Source: Alphaproteobacteria bacterium (GTDB lineage: Bacteria; Pseudomonadota; Alphaproteobacteria; CALKHQ01). Taken from it: DNA of 64,000 nt. The notes below the pieces were generated by a model. The model was not told the DNA's origin. It saw nothing but the letters and a program-made list of their open reading frames with translations, and made no database searches. This document shows, in pieces, positions 38,485 to 48,825 of this stretch (positions within the stretch are counted from its first letter, which is position 1; the number at the start of each line of letters is the position of its first letter). The translations under genes were made by a program, and so were the position numbers. The stretch covers positions 2,528,001 through 2,592,000 of the forward strand of contig CBDDFZ010000001.1 of assembly GCA_965227515.1 (NCBI GenBank), written 5' to 3'.

Positions 38485-39974
38485 GACTGTACCTTCTCGC
38501 CGCGCCCGTAGATCAGCAGCATCAGGATGATGACCGCGCCATAGATGATCTGACGCCCGGCCTCCGGCATCTGCATCACCGACAGCGCGCTTTCCAGCAG
38601 CACGATCAGGATCGCGCCGACCACGGTGCCGGCATAGCGCCCCTTGCCGCCCAGGATGTGGGTGCCGCCAAGCACCACCGCGGCGATGGAGGGCAGCAGG
38701 TACTCGTCGCCCATCGCCTGATAGGCGCGGCTGGAATAGCCGCTCAGCAGCAGGCCGGCGACGGCGGCGCACAGGCTGCACATCACGAAGGCGGCGATCA
38801 GGATCAGCCGGGTGTTGACGCCGGAGAGATAGGTCGCCGCCTCCCGGTTGCCGATGGCGTACATATAGCGGCCGAGCGTGGTGCGCTTCAGCACGAACAC
38901 GATGATCACCGAGACGATGACCCAGATCGCCACCGCGTGCGGAATGCCGATGGTGCGGTCGCGGCCCAGGAACAGCATCACGTCGGTGGCCGCCGTCTGC
39001 GGCGCGAAGCCACCGGTCAGCATGACCATCAGGCCGAGCAGCACGGTGTTGATGCCCAGCGTAAAGATCATCGACGGCACCCGCAGGTAGGCGACCCCGA
39101 TGCCGTTGATCAGGCCGACCGCGAGCCCCACGCCGAGGCCGACGAGTTCCGCCGACGCGCCGCCGACCGCCGTCGCCAGCATGCCCGCCGCCGCCAGCGT
39201 CCAGGGCACCGACAGGTCGATATGGCCGAGCAGGATCACCATCATCATGCCGGCCGCGGTGATGCCCAGGAACGAGGCGATCTGCATCTGCTGCAACAGG
39301 TAGGTCGGCCCCAGGAAGCTCGGCACGCCCTGTGTCGCCAGCATGTAGGCGGTGCCGACCAGCAGGATGATCAGGATGAACACGCAGGCGATGGTCATCG
39401 CCGGCTCCATCCGCACCGAGGCGAGCGCCATCACCAGGGTGGCGACGATGGCGACGAACACGTTGGGTTGCCAGAACTCCACCGCCGGGGCGGTGAAGCC
39501 TTCCTCGATGAAGGCAAGCGCCAGGAAGAAGGTGATCAGCGGCAGCACGCCAAAGAACTGCTTGCGCAGGATCGGCCAGCGCGCGCCGAAGGGCAGGCTG
39601 CCGATCAGCACCGCAATGGACAGCAGCAGCGAAACGATACCCAGCACCAGCGCGATGGCTGCCAGCCCGCCGGGCACGCCGGCCATCTCGTCCGGCGTGG
39701 TTTGCAGCACCACGCCGGCCCAGTCCGGCAGGTTTTCTGCCGGTATCTGGCGGATCAGGTCGAACAGGTCGGTGGTGCCGGCCAGCCCGAACACGAAGTA
39801 GCTGATGTCGGTGCCCGCCACACCAGCCAGCGGCAACACCAGGCAGACGATGGTGATCGCCGCCATCGCGGTCACGATGATGCGGCGCCACTTGTCGGAG
39901 ATCACAATCGCAGGCGCTTCGGCCGGGTCTTCGGTCACGGTCGGGTCGCCGTGGGTCATTGTCGTATCGGTCAC
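38481..39974 (-). CDS. Sugar ABC transporter permease (RbsC type) with long N-terminal membrane extension
   Basis: GHIDLSV, GRYMYAIGNREAATYLSGV, SIAAVVLGGT..GGKG; 497 aa. Confidence 0.88.
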   Translation of the reverse strand: MTDTTMTHGDPTVTEDPAEAPAIVISDKWRRIIVTAMAAITIVCLVLPLAGVAGTDISYFVFGLAGTTDLFDLIRQIPAENLPDWAGVVLQTTPDEMAGVPGGLAAIALVLGIVSLLLSIAVLIGSLPFGARWPILRKQFFGVLPLITFFLALAFIEEGFTAPAVEFWQPNVFVAIVATLVMALASVRMEPAMTIACVFILIILLVGTAYMLATQGVPSFLGPTYLLQQMQIASFLGITAAGMMMVILLGHIDLSVPWTLAAAGMLATAVGGASAELVGLGVGLAVGLINGIGVAYLRVPSMIFTLGINTVLLGLMVMLTGGFAPQTAATDVMLFLGRDRTIGIPHAVAIWVIVSVIIVFVLKRTTLGRYMYAIGNREAATYLSGVNTRLILIAAFVMCSLCAAVAGLLLSGYSSRAYQAMGDEYLLPSIAAVVLGGTHILGGKGRYAGTVVGAILIVLLESALSVMQMPEAGRQIIYGAVIILMLLIYGRGEKVQS

Positions 39975-40074
39975 GGCTGGGTGCCAACGTTGAGCTGTAA
40001 CGGAGTGGTGAGCCGCGGCGGCGTTGCCGGACGAAATTTCATCGGGAATGCAGGTGTCGTCATCCCCTCAGTCT

Positions 40075-40164
40075 CGTCATGCTCGGGCTTGTCCCGAGCA
40101 TCCACGTCTTGTTGGCCGCTTCGCGGCCATCTCGTGGATGCCCGCAACAAGTGCGGGCATGACG
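40075..40164. repeat. Family-2 REP doublet
   Basis: cgtcatgctcgggcttgtcccgagcatccac ... gtggatgcccgcaacaagtgcgggcatgacg; between the two permease genes. Confidence 0.87.
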
Positions 40165-40212
40165 GTGCATGGGAGGCTGTGACGCCAGTTATTCTGCGGA
40201 TCATTGCGTGCC

Positions 40213-41259
40213 CTAACTGAACAGCGATAGTCGGTTGCGCACGCGCAAGACGCGCGCTGCACCCAGGCTGACCGCCAGCACCAGGATGATGCCCTGGTAG
40301 AGCGATTCCTTGATCGGATCGGCCAGGAAACCGAACCAGCTGTCGTCCGGCACCACCCGGAAGATGAACGAGATCGACCTGAGCGCGAAGGCGCCGAAGA
40401 TGGTGCCGACCACGCCGCCGGAGCCGCCGAACAGCGACGTGCCACCGATGACCACGGCGGCGATGGAGTTCAGGGTGTAGGCGCCGGCCTGCGGCGCATC
40501 GGCATTGCCGGAGCCGATCTGCAAGGTCAGGTAGATACCGGCGCAGGCGGCGAAGAAGCCGCCCAAGGTGAACGCCGCGATCTTCGACCGGCCGACCCTG
40601 ACACCCGACATATACGCCGCCCCCTCGGCCGAGCCGATGGCGTAGCAGCCGCGGCCGATGACCGAGCGGCGGAACGGGATCCAGACCGCCAGCACCACCA
40701 CCGCCAGAATGATCAGCGGCATCGGCAGCAGGCCGAGCCAGCCGGCGTCTTCCCACCAGCCGTATGTGTAGCCCAGCTCGTTGATGTCGTTGGTCAGCGC
40801 CCACGACAGGTCGCCGTCGACGTCGCCGCCGGGCGTCGGCCGCACGAACAGCGCCACGCCGAGGAAGATCGCCCCGGTCGCGAGTGTCGCGATGATCGGC
40901 TGGATGCGCCCATAGACCACGATGCAGCCATTGAGGAACCCGCAGGCCGCGCCCAGGATCAGGCAGGCGATGACGCCCAGCACCATCATGATCGGGTCGC
41001 CGTTGAGAAGTTCCGACGCGATGCAGTTGATCATCGTCATCAGCGGGCCGACGGAAAGGTCCAGCCCGCCAAGCAGCACCGGCACCGTCTGCGCCATCGC
41101 CACGAACGCCAGTGGCACGGCTTCGTTGGCGGTCTGCAGCACCACGTTCATGCCGAACCGGGGATGCAGCCCGGCATAGATGCCGTAGAGCACGGCAAAG
41201 ATCGCAATGGCGATCAGCAGACCCAGGTTCTGCGTTATGAAGAGCCAAACCGTTCTCAT
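40213..41259 (-). CDS. Sugar ABC transporter permease
   Basis: GGLDLSVG, GRGCYAIGSAEGAAYMSGV, SIAAVVIGGTSLFGG. Confidence 0.92.
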   Translation of the reverse strand: MRTVWLFITQNLGLLIAIAIFAVLYGIYAGLHPRFGMNVVLQTANEAVPLAFVAMAQTVPVLLGGLDLSVGPLMTMINCIASELLNGDPIMMVLGVIACLILGAACGFLNGCIVVYGRIQPIIATLATGAIFLGVALFVRPTPGGDVDGDLSWALTNDINELGYTYGWWEDAGWLGLLPMPLIILAVVVLAVWIPFRRSVIGRGCYAIGSAEGAAYMSGVRVGRSKIAAFTLGGFFAACAGIYLTLQIGSGNADAPQAGAYTLNSIAAVVIGGTSLFGGSGGVVGTIFGAFALRSISFIFRVVPDDSWFGFLADPIKESLYQGIILVLAVSLGAARVLRVRNRLSLFS

Positions 41260-42845
41260 GCCGCGCTCTCCGCCGGCTGCGGTGCATCGCCTGCCGCCGG
41301 CAGGTTGAGCGAGCTGGAAACGATATTGGTCTCGGTAATGGTGTCGCCGGCCAGCTCGCGCACGATGGCGCCGTCATACATGATCAGCACCCTGTCGCAG
41401 CAGCCGATCAACTCATCATAGTCCGTGGTGTAGAACAGGATCGCGGTGCCGGCATCGGCCAGTTTTCGCAGGAGTTGGTACAACTCCTGTTTGGTGCCGA
41501 CGTCGATGCCGCGGGTGGGGTCGTTCAGGAGCACGATGCTGGCCCCGGTCATCAGCCATTTCGCGATCACCACCTTCTGCTGATTGCCGCCGGAGAGCGT
41601 GGCAACCGCATCGGCCGGGCTGCCGATCTTAATCCGAAGCTGCTCGACCATCTCGTCGACGCGCTCGGCCTCGCGGCCCCGGTCGATCACGCCCATGCGG
41701 GCGAGCTGCGGCAACGCAGCCATCGAAATGTTGTCGGCGATGGTCATCGGCAGCATCAGGCCCTCGGTCTTGCGATCCTCGGGGATCAGGGCCATGCCGT
41801 TGCGGGCCGACTTGGCGTTGGCTGGGCTGCCGATGCGCACATGTCGGCCGTGGACCAGGACCTCGCCGCTGACGCCGCGGAGCACGCCGAACAACGCCAG
41901 CAAAAGGTCGTTCTGACCCTGGCCATCCAACCCACCCAGGCCGACGATCTCGCCCTTCCCGACGCCGAGCGATACATCCTTCAGTACCGGAGGCCACCAC
42001 AAGTTGCGCGTTTCCAGCACCATTTCCGGCGCCTTCGGCCGGACGGGCTTGGGCGGGTAGACGTTGCTCATCTCCCGGCCGATCATCAGTTGCACGATTT
42101 CCTCGTCGCTGCGGGCACCCTTGGGAAAGGTCTCGATGTGGCGGCCATTGCGAAACACTGAGCACGTGTCGGCGAGCTGCTCGATCTCGTGCATGCGGTG
42201 CGAGATGTAGAGCAGGGCCAGACCCTCGTCGCGCAGGCGGTGCAGGATCTCGTAGACCTTCTCGACATCGGCGCTGGTCAGCGCGGACGTGGCTTCGTCC
42301 AGGATCAGGAGTTCGGGGTTGCGCCCCAGTGCCTTGGCGATTTCCACCATCTGGCGGCGCGACAACGGCAGGTTGCGCACCCGCTCGCGCGGGTCGATGT
42401 CCTCGCAGCCGACGCGTGCCAACAGCTCCTCGGACCGGCGGCGCTGGGCCCGCCCGTCGATCAGGCCGAGGCGGGTGCGCGGCGGTGCGGTAATGCAGAT
42501 ATTGTCGGCCACCGACAGGTGCGGCATCAGCGACAATTCCTGGAAGATGCACACGATGCCGGCGGCATTGGCCGCCAGCGGCGTAGGGAATTGCACCACT
42601 TGACCGTTCTGGCGGATCTCGCCGGTATCGGGCTGCACGACGCCGGAAATGATCTTGATCAGCGTCGACTTGCCGGCGCCGTTCTCGCCAAGCACGGCAT
42701 GGATCGAGTTCTTGCGGCAGGCGAAGTCCACGTCGCTCAGCGCGTGCACGCCGCCATAGCGCTTGGACACGCCCCGCATGTCGAGATAGGCGTCGCCCGC
42801 CGGAGGTGTCGCCCGGGGTGTCATTTTTTCGGTATCGCTGGCCAC
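41256..42845 (-). CDS. Sugar ABC transporter ATP-binding protein (two ABC domains)
   Basis: GENGAGKSTL, LILDEAT, YISHRM, LSGGNQQKV, PTRGIDVG. Confidence 0.95.
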   Translation of the reverse strand: MASDTEKMTPRATPPAGDAYLDMRGVSKRYGGVHALSDVDFACRKNSIHAVLGENGAGKSTLIKIISGVVQPDTGEIRQNGQVVQFPTPLAANAAGIVCIFQELSLMPHLSVADNICITAPPRTRLGLIDGRAQRRRSEELLARVGCEDIDPRERVRNLPLSRRQMVEIAKALGRNPELLILDEATSALTSADVEKVYEILHRLRDEGLALLYISHRMHEIEQLADTCSVFRNGRHIETFPKGARSDEEIVQLMIGREMSNVYPPKPVRPKAPEMVLETRNLWWPPVLKDVSLGVGKGEIVGLGGLDGQGQNDLLLALFGVLRGVSGEVLVHGRHVRIGSPANAKSARNGMALIPEDRKTEGLMLPMTIADNISMAALPQLARMGVIDRGREAERVDEMVEQLRIKIGSPADAVATLSGGNQQKVVIAKWLMTGASIVLLNDPTRGIDVGTKQELYQLLRKLADAGTAILFYTTDYDELIGCCDRVLIMYDGAIVRELAGDTITETNIVSSSLNLPAAGDAPQPAESAA

Positions 42846-42902
42846 GACCTTGTCCGTTGCCGATGCTGCGGCAGCACCTGTTCAGAGATAAGGTTGAGAG
42901 CG

Positions 42903-42953
42903 GCGAGGCCCGCCGGCAGTGGCATTTCTGCCAGCCGCCCGAACGGGCCTCGC
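42903..42953. other. Intercistronic stem-loop downstream of the SBP gene
   Basis: gcgaggcccg ... cgggcctcgc 10-bp inverted repeat. Confidence 0.5.
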
Positions 42954-42977
42954 GCCATCTTCAGGAACGGCGTGGTG

Positions 42978-44108
42978 CTATTCGACCACGTCGTCAGAAG
43001 ACTGCGCCATGATCTCGGGCGCGGTGATGTTCACGTCGCATGGCGGGAACTCATTCGGCGTGAAGAAGTTGTCGGTCAAATCCGCCCAGAAGTTGACCCC
43101 ATCCTCCAACGTGGTGTGGTCAGCACTTGGGATCGGCACGGAGATCAACTGCGGCAACACCTCACCCTGCATGGCCGCGATCGCGGCCTTGATCGAGATC
43201 GCGACGAGACCGGGCGACTGGCCCTGAGACAGGCCGACCAGGCCCTCGCCGGAATGCTCGGCAATCAGCTTGCGGAACCCGTTCTCGGCCTCGCCCGCCA
43301 TCGGCACGAACGGATGACCGGCATCGATCATCGCGCGCACCGAGCCGGTGGAGCCGCCCTGGGTAAACACGGCGTCGAAGAAGCCGTGCACGGCAATGGC
43401 ATCGGCAGTCGCCTTCTGGGCGTCGCCGTCGGCCCAGTTGCCGACCACCTCGATGATCTCGAAGTCGTTGCCATCGGCCTCCATGACGTGGCGGAAGCCC
43501 TCATGCCGGTCGCGGTCGACGGAGTTGCCGGGAAGGCCGCGCACTTCGAGGATCTTGCCGGAATTGCCGATGTGCTCCATCAAGAATTCGGCAGAATTCA
43601 CGCCAAACGCAAACTGATCCTCGTTGACCATCATCACGTCGGTGGTGTCGAGAATGTTGTCGAACGGAATCAGCACGACATCGTTGCGATTGGCCAACCG
43701 GATCACCCGATCGAACCCGGTCGGAGACACGGCGATGGTGACGATGGCGTCGAAGCCCTGGTTGATGAAGTCCTCGATGGCGCCAAGCTGCACGGCGGCG
43801 TCGGTGCCGGTCGAGACCACCTTGAACTCTTCGATGTGTTCGGCGATGCCTTCCTGTTCCACGAACGCCTTGGCGGTCTGGATCATTTGAATGCGCCAGG
43901 TGTTGCCCACGAAGCCATTGACCAGCGCGATGCGATAGGGGCCTTCCCGCGCTTCCCACTGGAAAAAGCTGGTGTCTTCGTCCCAAGGCGCGAAGCACTC
44001 GGGCAGGTAGCCGGGGCCGTCGACGACCGCCGGCTCCGCGAACGCGAGGCCGCTGCCGCCGATGACGGCGCCTGCAATGACGGCAGGCAGCAGACGTGGT
44101 TTGAACAT
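42978..44108 (-). CDS. Sugar ABC transporter substrate-binding protein
   Basis: GGAGG RBS, signal peptide (AFA-EP), NGFVGNTWR, VRGLPGNSVDRDRHEGF. Confidence 0.9.
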   Translation of the reverse strand: MFKPRLLPAVIAGAVIGGSGLAFAEPAVVDGPGYLPECFAPWDEDTSFFQWEAREGPYRIALVNGFVGNTWRIQMIQTAKAFVEQEGIAEHIEEFKVVSTGTDAAVQLGAIEDFINQGFDAIVTIAVSPTGFDRVIRLANRNDVVLIPFDNILDTTDVMMVNEDQFAFGVNSAEFLMEHIGNSGKILEVRGLPGNSVDRDRHEGFRHVMEADGNDFEIIEVVGNWADGDAQKATADAIAVHGFFDAVFTQGGSTGSVRAMIDAGHPFVPMAGEAENGFRKLIAEHSGEGLVGLSQGQSPGLVAISIKAAIAAMQGEVLPQLISVPIPSADHTTLEDGVNFWADLTDNFFTPNEFPPCDVNITAPEIMAQSSDDVVE

Positions 44109-44272
44109 TGTTTCCTCCTCCAGGACTTTGTAATCCATTTCACCAACCGGCCATTCGCGAACGAGGCCCGCGATCTGGTTTGCGCACCCTCAAGCGTTTG
44201 CGCATGTTTGTTTTGGACAGCCGGTCGCTGCAGCCGAATAATCGCACTGCTTTCGTGCGTGAGTAAAGTGGC

Positions 44273-44932
44273 ATGGGAATTTTTGAACATTGCGCGTTGG
44301 GTGCGTTTGTTTCCCGCTTGGCTTGCGGGTTGCTGCTCGGCATCGCCTTGGCAGGTTGCGGCTACATCGGTCCGCCCAGCGCCGTGCAGCCGATGGACAT
44401 TCCTGCCGCGCCCGTTGCGGCAAACACACAAGTGTATGACGTGGCGGCTTCGCGCAGCCTTTCCGCCCAGGGCCAGGCAACACTGGACGCCGGTCAGGTC
44501 GACCCCGCCATCGCCCAATTCGAGGCTGCGCTGGATGCCTGGCCGGCCAATGCCGAGGCCTGGAACGGGTTGGTCGATGCCTATCGCCGCCAGGGCAACG
44601 AGGCGGGCCTGGACTATGCGCGCTTCTTTGCCGGCCGCATGGCGTGGACCGAAACTGTGCCGCCCAGCGTGGCGGCCGGCGCCTTCCGCAACATGGCCGA
44701 CGGCCTGGCCGAGTCGCCGAGCGAAGACCCGCGCACCATCTCCAGGTCGGAGGAGGTGGCGGTCTATTTCGCCGGCCTCGAACTCGCCGTGAAGGCGGAT
44801 GGCGAGGGCATCCGCCCCGAGAGCGAGGACTGGTTCGACCAGTTCGGCTGGTACCCCGCCGCCGTGCTCTCCGCCGCCGCCGCCATCATGCTGCTGGAGC
44901 CGGCGATCACCGGGCTGATCAGCGATATCTAG
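44273..44932 (+). CDS. Putative TPR-containing lipoprotein
   Basis: Lipobox LAG-C; TPR-like AIAQFEAALDAWPANAEAWNGL..AYRRQG; start uncertain. Confidence 0.65.
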   Translation: MGIFEHCALGAFVSRLACGLLLGIALAGCGYIGPPSAVQPMDIPAAPVAANTQVYDVAASRSLSAQGQATLDAGQVDPAIAQFEAALDAWPANAEAWNGLVDAYRRQGNEAGLDYARFFAGRMAWTETVPPSVAAGAFRNMADGLAESPSEDPRTISRSEEVAVYFAGLELAVKADGEGIRPESEDWFDQFGWYPAAVLSAAAAIMLLEPAITGLISDI

Positions 44933-44990
44933 GTGATCGGCGTACCTGAGTTGCTCACGAGTGCTCCCATGCCCTCGCAGAAAGAAACGC

Positions 44991-45165
44991 CGTCGCCCTC
45001 GCGCTTGTCGCGAGGGCCCATTTGCGGGGCAGTCCGGGGCCGTGCCAAAGGAAGTTGTCAGTGTGAACCGTGGCTGCCGGTCGTCTGCCAGCCAAGCTGC
45101 CAATTCGCCTCAACCTATTGAGTTCTCGGGCAAACATGGGTCCTCGCCACAAGGGCGAGGACGAC
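44991..45165. repeat. Family-1 REP doublet, copy F
   Basis: cgtcgccctcgcgcttgtcgcgagggcccat ... atgggtcctcgccacaagggcgaggacgac; between convergent genes. Confidence 0.87.
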
Positions 45166-45190
45166 AAAAATTCTCTTTGGCTCAAGCTAT

Positions 45191-46315
45191 TCACAACCCC
45201 AGTGTGTCGATCTGGCGCTGGATGACCAGCGCTTCGTCGAACTCGGCGAGCGCGCGGGCGCGTCCTGCCTCGCCATAGGCACGACGCAGCGCCGGGTCGC
45301 GCACCAGCGTGTTCAGGGCCGCGGCGAGGGCAGGCGCGTCGTTCACCGGCACCAACAGGCCGGTCTTGCCCTCCACCACTTCCTCGCGGCTGCCGCGGAT
45401 ATCGGTCGCGACCACTGGCAGTCCGGTCATCATCGCCTCGATGATCGAGCGCGGCATGCCTTCACGGTGGGAGGGCAGGGTGAAGATGTCGGCGGCGCGC
45501 AACAGGTCGGGCACGTCGCTGCGGTGGCCGAGCAGGCGCACGCGATCCCGCAGCACCGGATCCGTTTCCACGGCGGCGATGGCCTGGTCGATGCCGCCGG
45601 CGTGGTCGCTGGCCAGCCGGGCGCCGACCACCCACAGCTCGGCGTCGACGTCGCGCATCGCCGCGATCAGTTCGGGATAGCCCTTCTCGGCGACCAGGCG
45701 GCCGACCGCCATGATCGCCACCCGCGCCTCCGGCGTGCCGAGTTCCTGGCGGATGCGCGCGCGGATGGCGCCGCTGTCGTCGGGGGCGAAGCGGGCCGGG
45801 TCGACACCGTTGCCGATGGCCTGCACCACCCGGCCGCGGCAGAGGTTGAGGCGCCGGGCAGTGTCCGCGTCCTCCTTGGCCTGGGTGAACAGCACGTCGG
45901 TGACGCGCCCGGCGATGCGCTCCAGGGTCACGAACGGCAGGCGCTTCAGGCGCCCCATCCGCTCGTGGAAGTAGAAGCCGTGGGCGGTGTAGACGATGTG
46001 CGGCACCCCGGCGCGGCGCGCGGCCAGCCGGCCGATCACCGAGGCGATCGGCGTATGGGTGTGCACCATGTCGAAGCGCTCGCGCCGGAACAGCCGCACC
46101 AGCTCGCGGTAGCTGCGCATGTGCGCGATCAGGTTGAAGGAGCGCGAGATCGAAACCGGCATCACCGGCACGTCCTCCCGCCGGGCGACGTCGAGCAGCG
46201 GGCCATCGGTGCAGGTCACCGTCACCTCGTGGCCGCGTTCGCGCAACGCCCGGATCAGCGGCATCAGGAAGTTGGCGACCGTGAAGTCGACCGCGCAAAG
46301 CTGGCAGATCTTCAT
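45191..46315 (-). CDS. Glycosyltransferase family 4
   Basis: HTHTP, YTAHGFYF, GRLVAEKG, PSHREGMPRSIIEAM..GLPVVATDIRG. Confidence 0.93.
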   Translation of the reverse strand: MKICQLCAVDFTVANFLMPLIRALRERGHEVTVTCTDGPLLDVARREDVPVMPVSISRSFNLIAHMRSYRELVRLFRRERFDMVHTHTPIASVIGRLAARRAGVPHIVYTAHGFYFHERMGRLKRLPFVTLERIAGRVTDVLFTQAKEDADTARRLNLCRGRVVQAIGNGVDPARFAPDDSGAIRARIRQELGTPEARVAIMAVGRLVAEKGYPELIAAMRDVDAELWVVGARLASDHAGGIDQAIAAVETDPVLRDRVRLLGHRSDVPDLLRAADIFTLPSHREGMPRSIIEAMMTGLPVVATDIRGSREEVVEGKTGLLVPVNDAPALAAALNTLVRDPALRRAYGEAGRARALAEFDEALVIQRQIDTLGL

Positions 46316-46331
46316 CGGGAGCGCCGGCGAC

Positions 46332-47390
46332 CTAATCCTTGCGCGGGGCCAGGGCTGACCGCATGGCGTCGAGCAGGCCGGCGGGCAGTGGCTGGCCGGT
46401 GCGCCTCGCCGGCACCGAGACGATGTCGATGTTCACCGCCTGCAACAGCATCTGGAAGCCGAGGATGATCGGCAGCACCGCCAGCATGATGGTGCCGACC
46501 GGCTGCGCGATGTCGCTGGCGATGCTGTCGATCCAAGTGATAGCGCCGAACACGATGCCGAACAGGAATAGCGGCAGGCCCAGCAGCATGTACACCGACG
46601 CCATGTTGAAGTCGTAGATGAAGTAACGCAGGAACACGCGCCGGATCGCGCCTTTCAGGAGCTTGCCGGGGAACGATGCGAGCACGTTGTGGGCCTTGAT
46701 CGAGCTCTGCTCGTCGCCGTAGCGCGCCGGCATCGACACGTCGGCCACCACCGCGTTCAGCGGGTTGAGCCGGATCAGCATGTCGGACTCGAAGAAATAG
46801 CGCCGCTCGATGCGGTCAAGCTCCATGGCGCGCAGCATGTCGCTGGAGATCGCGGTGTAGCCGTTGGTCGGGTCCATCACGTTCCAGTAGCCGGAGGCCC
46901 ACTTGACCGCGAACGACAGCATGGCGTTGGCGAATAGGCGCTGACGCGGCATGGAGCGCAGGGCGCGGAAGTCGCGGAAGCGGTTGCCCTTGGCGTAGTC
47001 GGCCTGGTCGCGCGCGACAGGCGCGACGATGTCGGGCAGCAGGGCCGGGTCCATCTGGTCGTCGCCGTCCATCTTCACCGCGATGTCGACGCCGTTGTCG
47101 ACCGCCCAGCGATAGCCGGTGACAGTGGCGCCGCCGACGCCCTGGTTCTTGTCGTGGCGCAGCACCACCAGGCGCGGGTCGCCGGTCGCCTCCGCAATCT
47201 TGCCGCTGTCGTCGGGGCAGGCGTCGTCCACCACCACGATGTGCCGCACGAAGCCGGGAATGCCATTGATGACGTTGGCGATGTGCCTGGCGACCCGGTA
47301 GGACGGGATGACGACCGCGACCACCGGCCCATCCGGTGCGGTCACGGACTTGGATGGTTGAGGTGCGGATGTATCGGCGGAATCCGGCAT
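46332..47390 (-). CDS. Glycosyltransferase family 2 (polyprenol-phosphate glycosyltransferase-like, two C-terminal TMs)
   Basis: VVIPSY, VVDDACPD, NQGVGGA, KMDGDDQM, KGNRF, DPTNGY, FFESDML. Confidence 0.9.
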   Translation of the reverse strand: MPDSADTSAPQPSKSVTAPDGPVVAVVIPSYRVARHIANVINGIPGFVRHIVVVDDACPDDSGKIAEATGDPRLVVLRHDKNQGVGGATVTGYRWAVDNGVDIAVKMDGDDQMDPALLPDIVAPVARDQADYAKGNRFRDFRALRSMPRQRLFANAMLSFAVKWASGYWNVMDPTNGYTAISSDMLRAMELDRIERRYFFESDMLIRLNPLNAVVADVSMPARYGDEQSSIKAHNVLASFPGKLLKGAIRRVFLRYFIYDFNMASVYMLLGLPLFLFGIVFGAITWIDSIASDIAQPVGTIMLAVLPIILGFQMLLQAVNIDIVSVPARRTGQPLPAGLLDAMRSALAPRKD

Positions 47391-47495
47391 CGGTCTCGCG
47401 GGCGGATGAGGTGTCGCGTCAGTTCGCGGCCGGTATAGCAGGATTCGCCGACCGACGCGTCCAATAGGGCTGGGTCTTACCAGCCTATCTACGTC

Positions 47496-47526
47496 CGTCA
47501 TGCCCGCACTTGTTGCGGGCATGACG
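47496..47526. repeat. Single (collapsed) family-2 REP palindrome
   Basis: cgtcatgcccgca-cttgt-tgcgggcatgacg. Confidence 0.8.
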
Positions 47527-47533
47527 ATTATTC

Positions 47534-48424
47534 TTATGGCTGGCTCTCGCGATCCATGCGGCGGAACACGTGCACGTTGGTATCGCTGGGCAACAGCCGC
47601 AGTACCGGCGTCAGGGCAGCGACCGCGCACCAGACGACGGCCGACCACGCCAGCCCGCCGCCGTCCATGCGCAGCCGCGACCACAGCCCGCTCAGCCGGG
47701 TCGACGCCAAACGACGTTCGCCAACGAACGCAAAACCGTGACGGGCGGCGAAGCGCTTCAGCGTCGCCGGGGTGAAGTAGGTGAGGTGCGGGGAGGGGAA
47801 GCCGACCTGCCACATGCGGCGGAACGGCCCGTCCATGCCGACGTGCGCCATCAGCGCGGCGATCCGGTAGAAGGTGCCGTTGGCGGCCGGGATGTTGATC
47901 GCCAGCACGCCGCCGTCGCTGAGCAGCCGGTGGCAGTCGTCCGCGGCGGCGGCCACATCGGGCAGGTGCTCGAACACGTCGTTGAAGACGATCACGTCAA
48001 AGCGCGCGCCCTCGGGCACCGCCTGCGGGAAGAAGCCGTCGACCACGTCGTGCCCGCGCGCGCGGGCCTTGTCGGCAATCGCACGGTCCGGCTCCAGGCC
48101 GGTGGCCTCGAACCCGGCAGCATTCGCGGTGTCGAGAAACCAGCCATGGGCGCAGCCGATGTCGATCAGCGCCATGCCGGGCGGCTGGGCGGCGCGGATC
48201 GCGTCCTTCACCAGCCCGAAGTTGTGCTGGCGCAGCGGCTGCAAGGCGCGTTCGCGCGCTTCCTCGTCGATGGCGCCGTCGCTGCTGTCGCCGGTCACTT
48301 CCGCTGCGACCGATGCACGGAATCCGCAATCGGCGCACCGAAGCTGCCAGTCGCGCAAGCCCCGCCGCATCGCGCCATCGCAGACCGGGCAGCCGACTGG
48401 GCACACGTCCTGTTTCGCCGTCAC
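47534..48424 (-). CDS. Class I SAM-dependent methyltransferase with N-terminal CxxC...CxxC motif
   Basis: CPVC...CADC, IDIGCAHGWFL, NDVFEHLPD, PHLTYF; GTG start overlaps the upstream stop. Confidence 0.82.
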   Translation of the reverse strand: MTAKQDVCPVGCPVCDGAMRRGLRDWQLRCADCGFRASVAAEVTGDSSDGAIDEEARERALQPLRQHNFGLVKDAIRAAQPPGMALIDIGCAHGWFLDTANAAGFEATGLEPDRAIADKARARGHDVVDGFFPQAVPEGARFDVIVFNDVFEHLPDVAAAADDCHRLLSDGGVLAINIPAANGTFYRIAALMAHVGMDGPFRRMWQVGFPSPHLTYFTPATLKRFAARHGFAFVGERRLASTRLSGLWSRLRMDGGGLAWSAVVWCAVAALTPVLRLLPSDTNVHVFRRMDRESQP

Positions 48425-48774
48425 AGCGCCCGCTGGGTCAGCACGACGCCAATCACGATCAGGCCGACGCCGGCCCAATAGCTCCAGGAGACGTTCTCCT
48501 TGAACAACAAAATGCCGATCAGCGGCACCAGCACGAAGGTCAGCGCCACGAACGGATAGGCGGCCGTCAGCGGCACGCTTCGCAGGGCTATCACCCACAA
48601 GACCGTGGCGCCGGCGTAGACGATGCCGGCGGCATAGAGCACCGGGTCCTGAATGGCGTGCCAGATCGGCGCGCCTTGCGGCAGGCGCTCGGCGGTCAGC
48701 TTGAACAGGGCCTGGCCGCCGGCGATGGTGACGACGACGGCGAGAATGAGCCCCAGGTTGGCCAGTGACGGCAT
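48421..48774 (-). CDS. Small EamA/SMR-type membrane protein (ArnE/F-like)
   Basis: GQALFK, WVIALRSVPLTAAYP, LFKENVS...GLIVIGV; 4 TM. Confidence 0.82.
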   Translation of the reverse strand: MPSLANLGLILAVVVTIAGGQALFKLTAERLPQGAPIWHAIQDPVLYAAGIVYAGATVLWVIALRSVPLTAAYPFVALTFVLVPLIGILLFKENVSWSYWAGVGLIVIGVVLTQRAL

Positions 48775-48825
48775 GAGGTGGAACCCGGATGACGCGCCGC
48801 GCACCCGGCCACTGAAGTTAGGCGG

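Noticed and set aside
37528-39987. 819-aa ORF as a fused transporter-esterase
   Set aside because: The N-terminal 500 aa are an Arg/Gly-rich off-frame reading of the permease; the esterase starts at 38484
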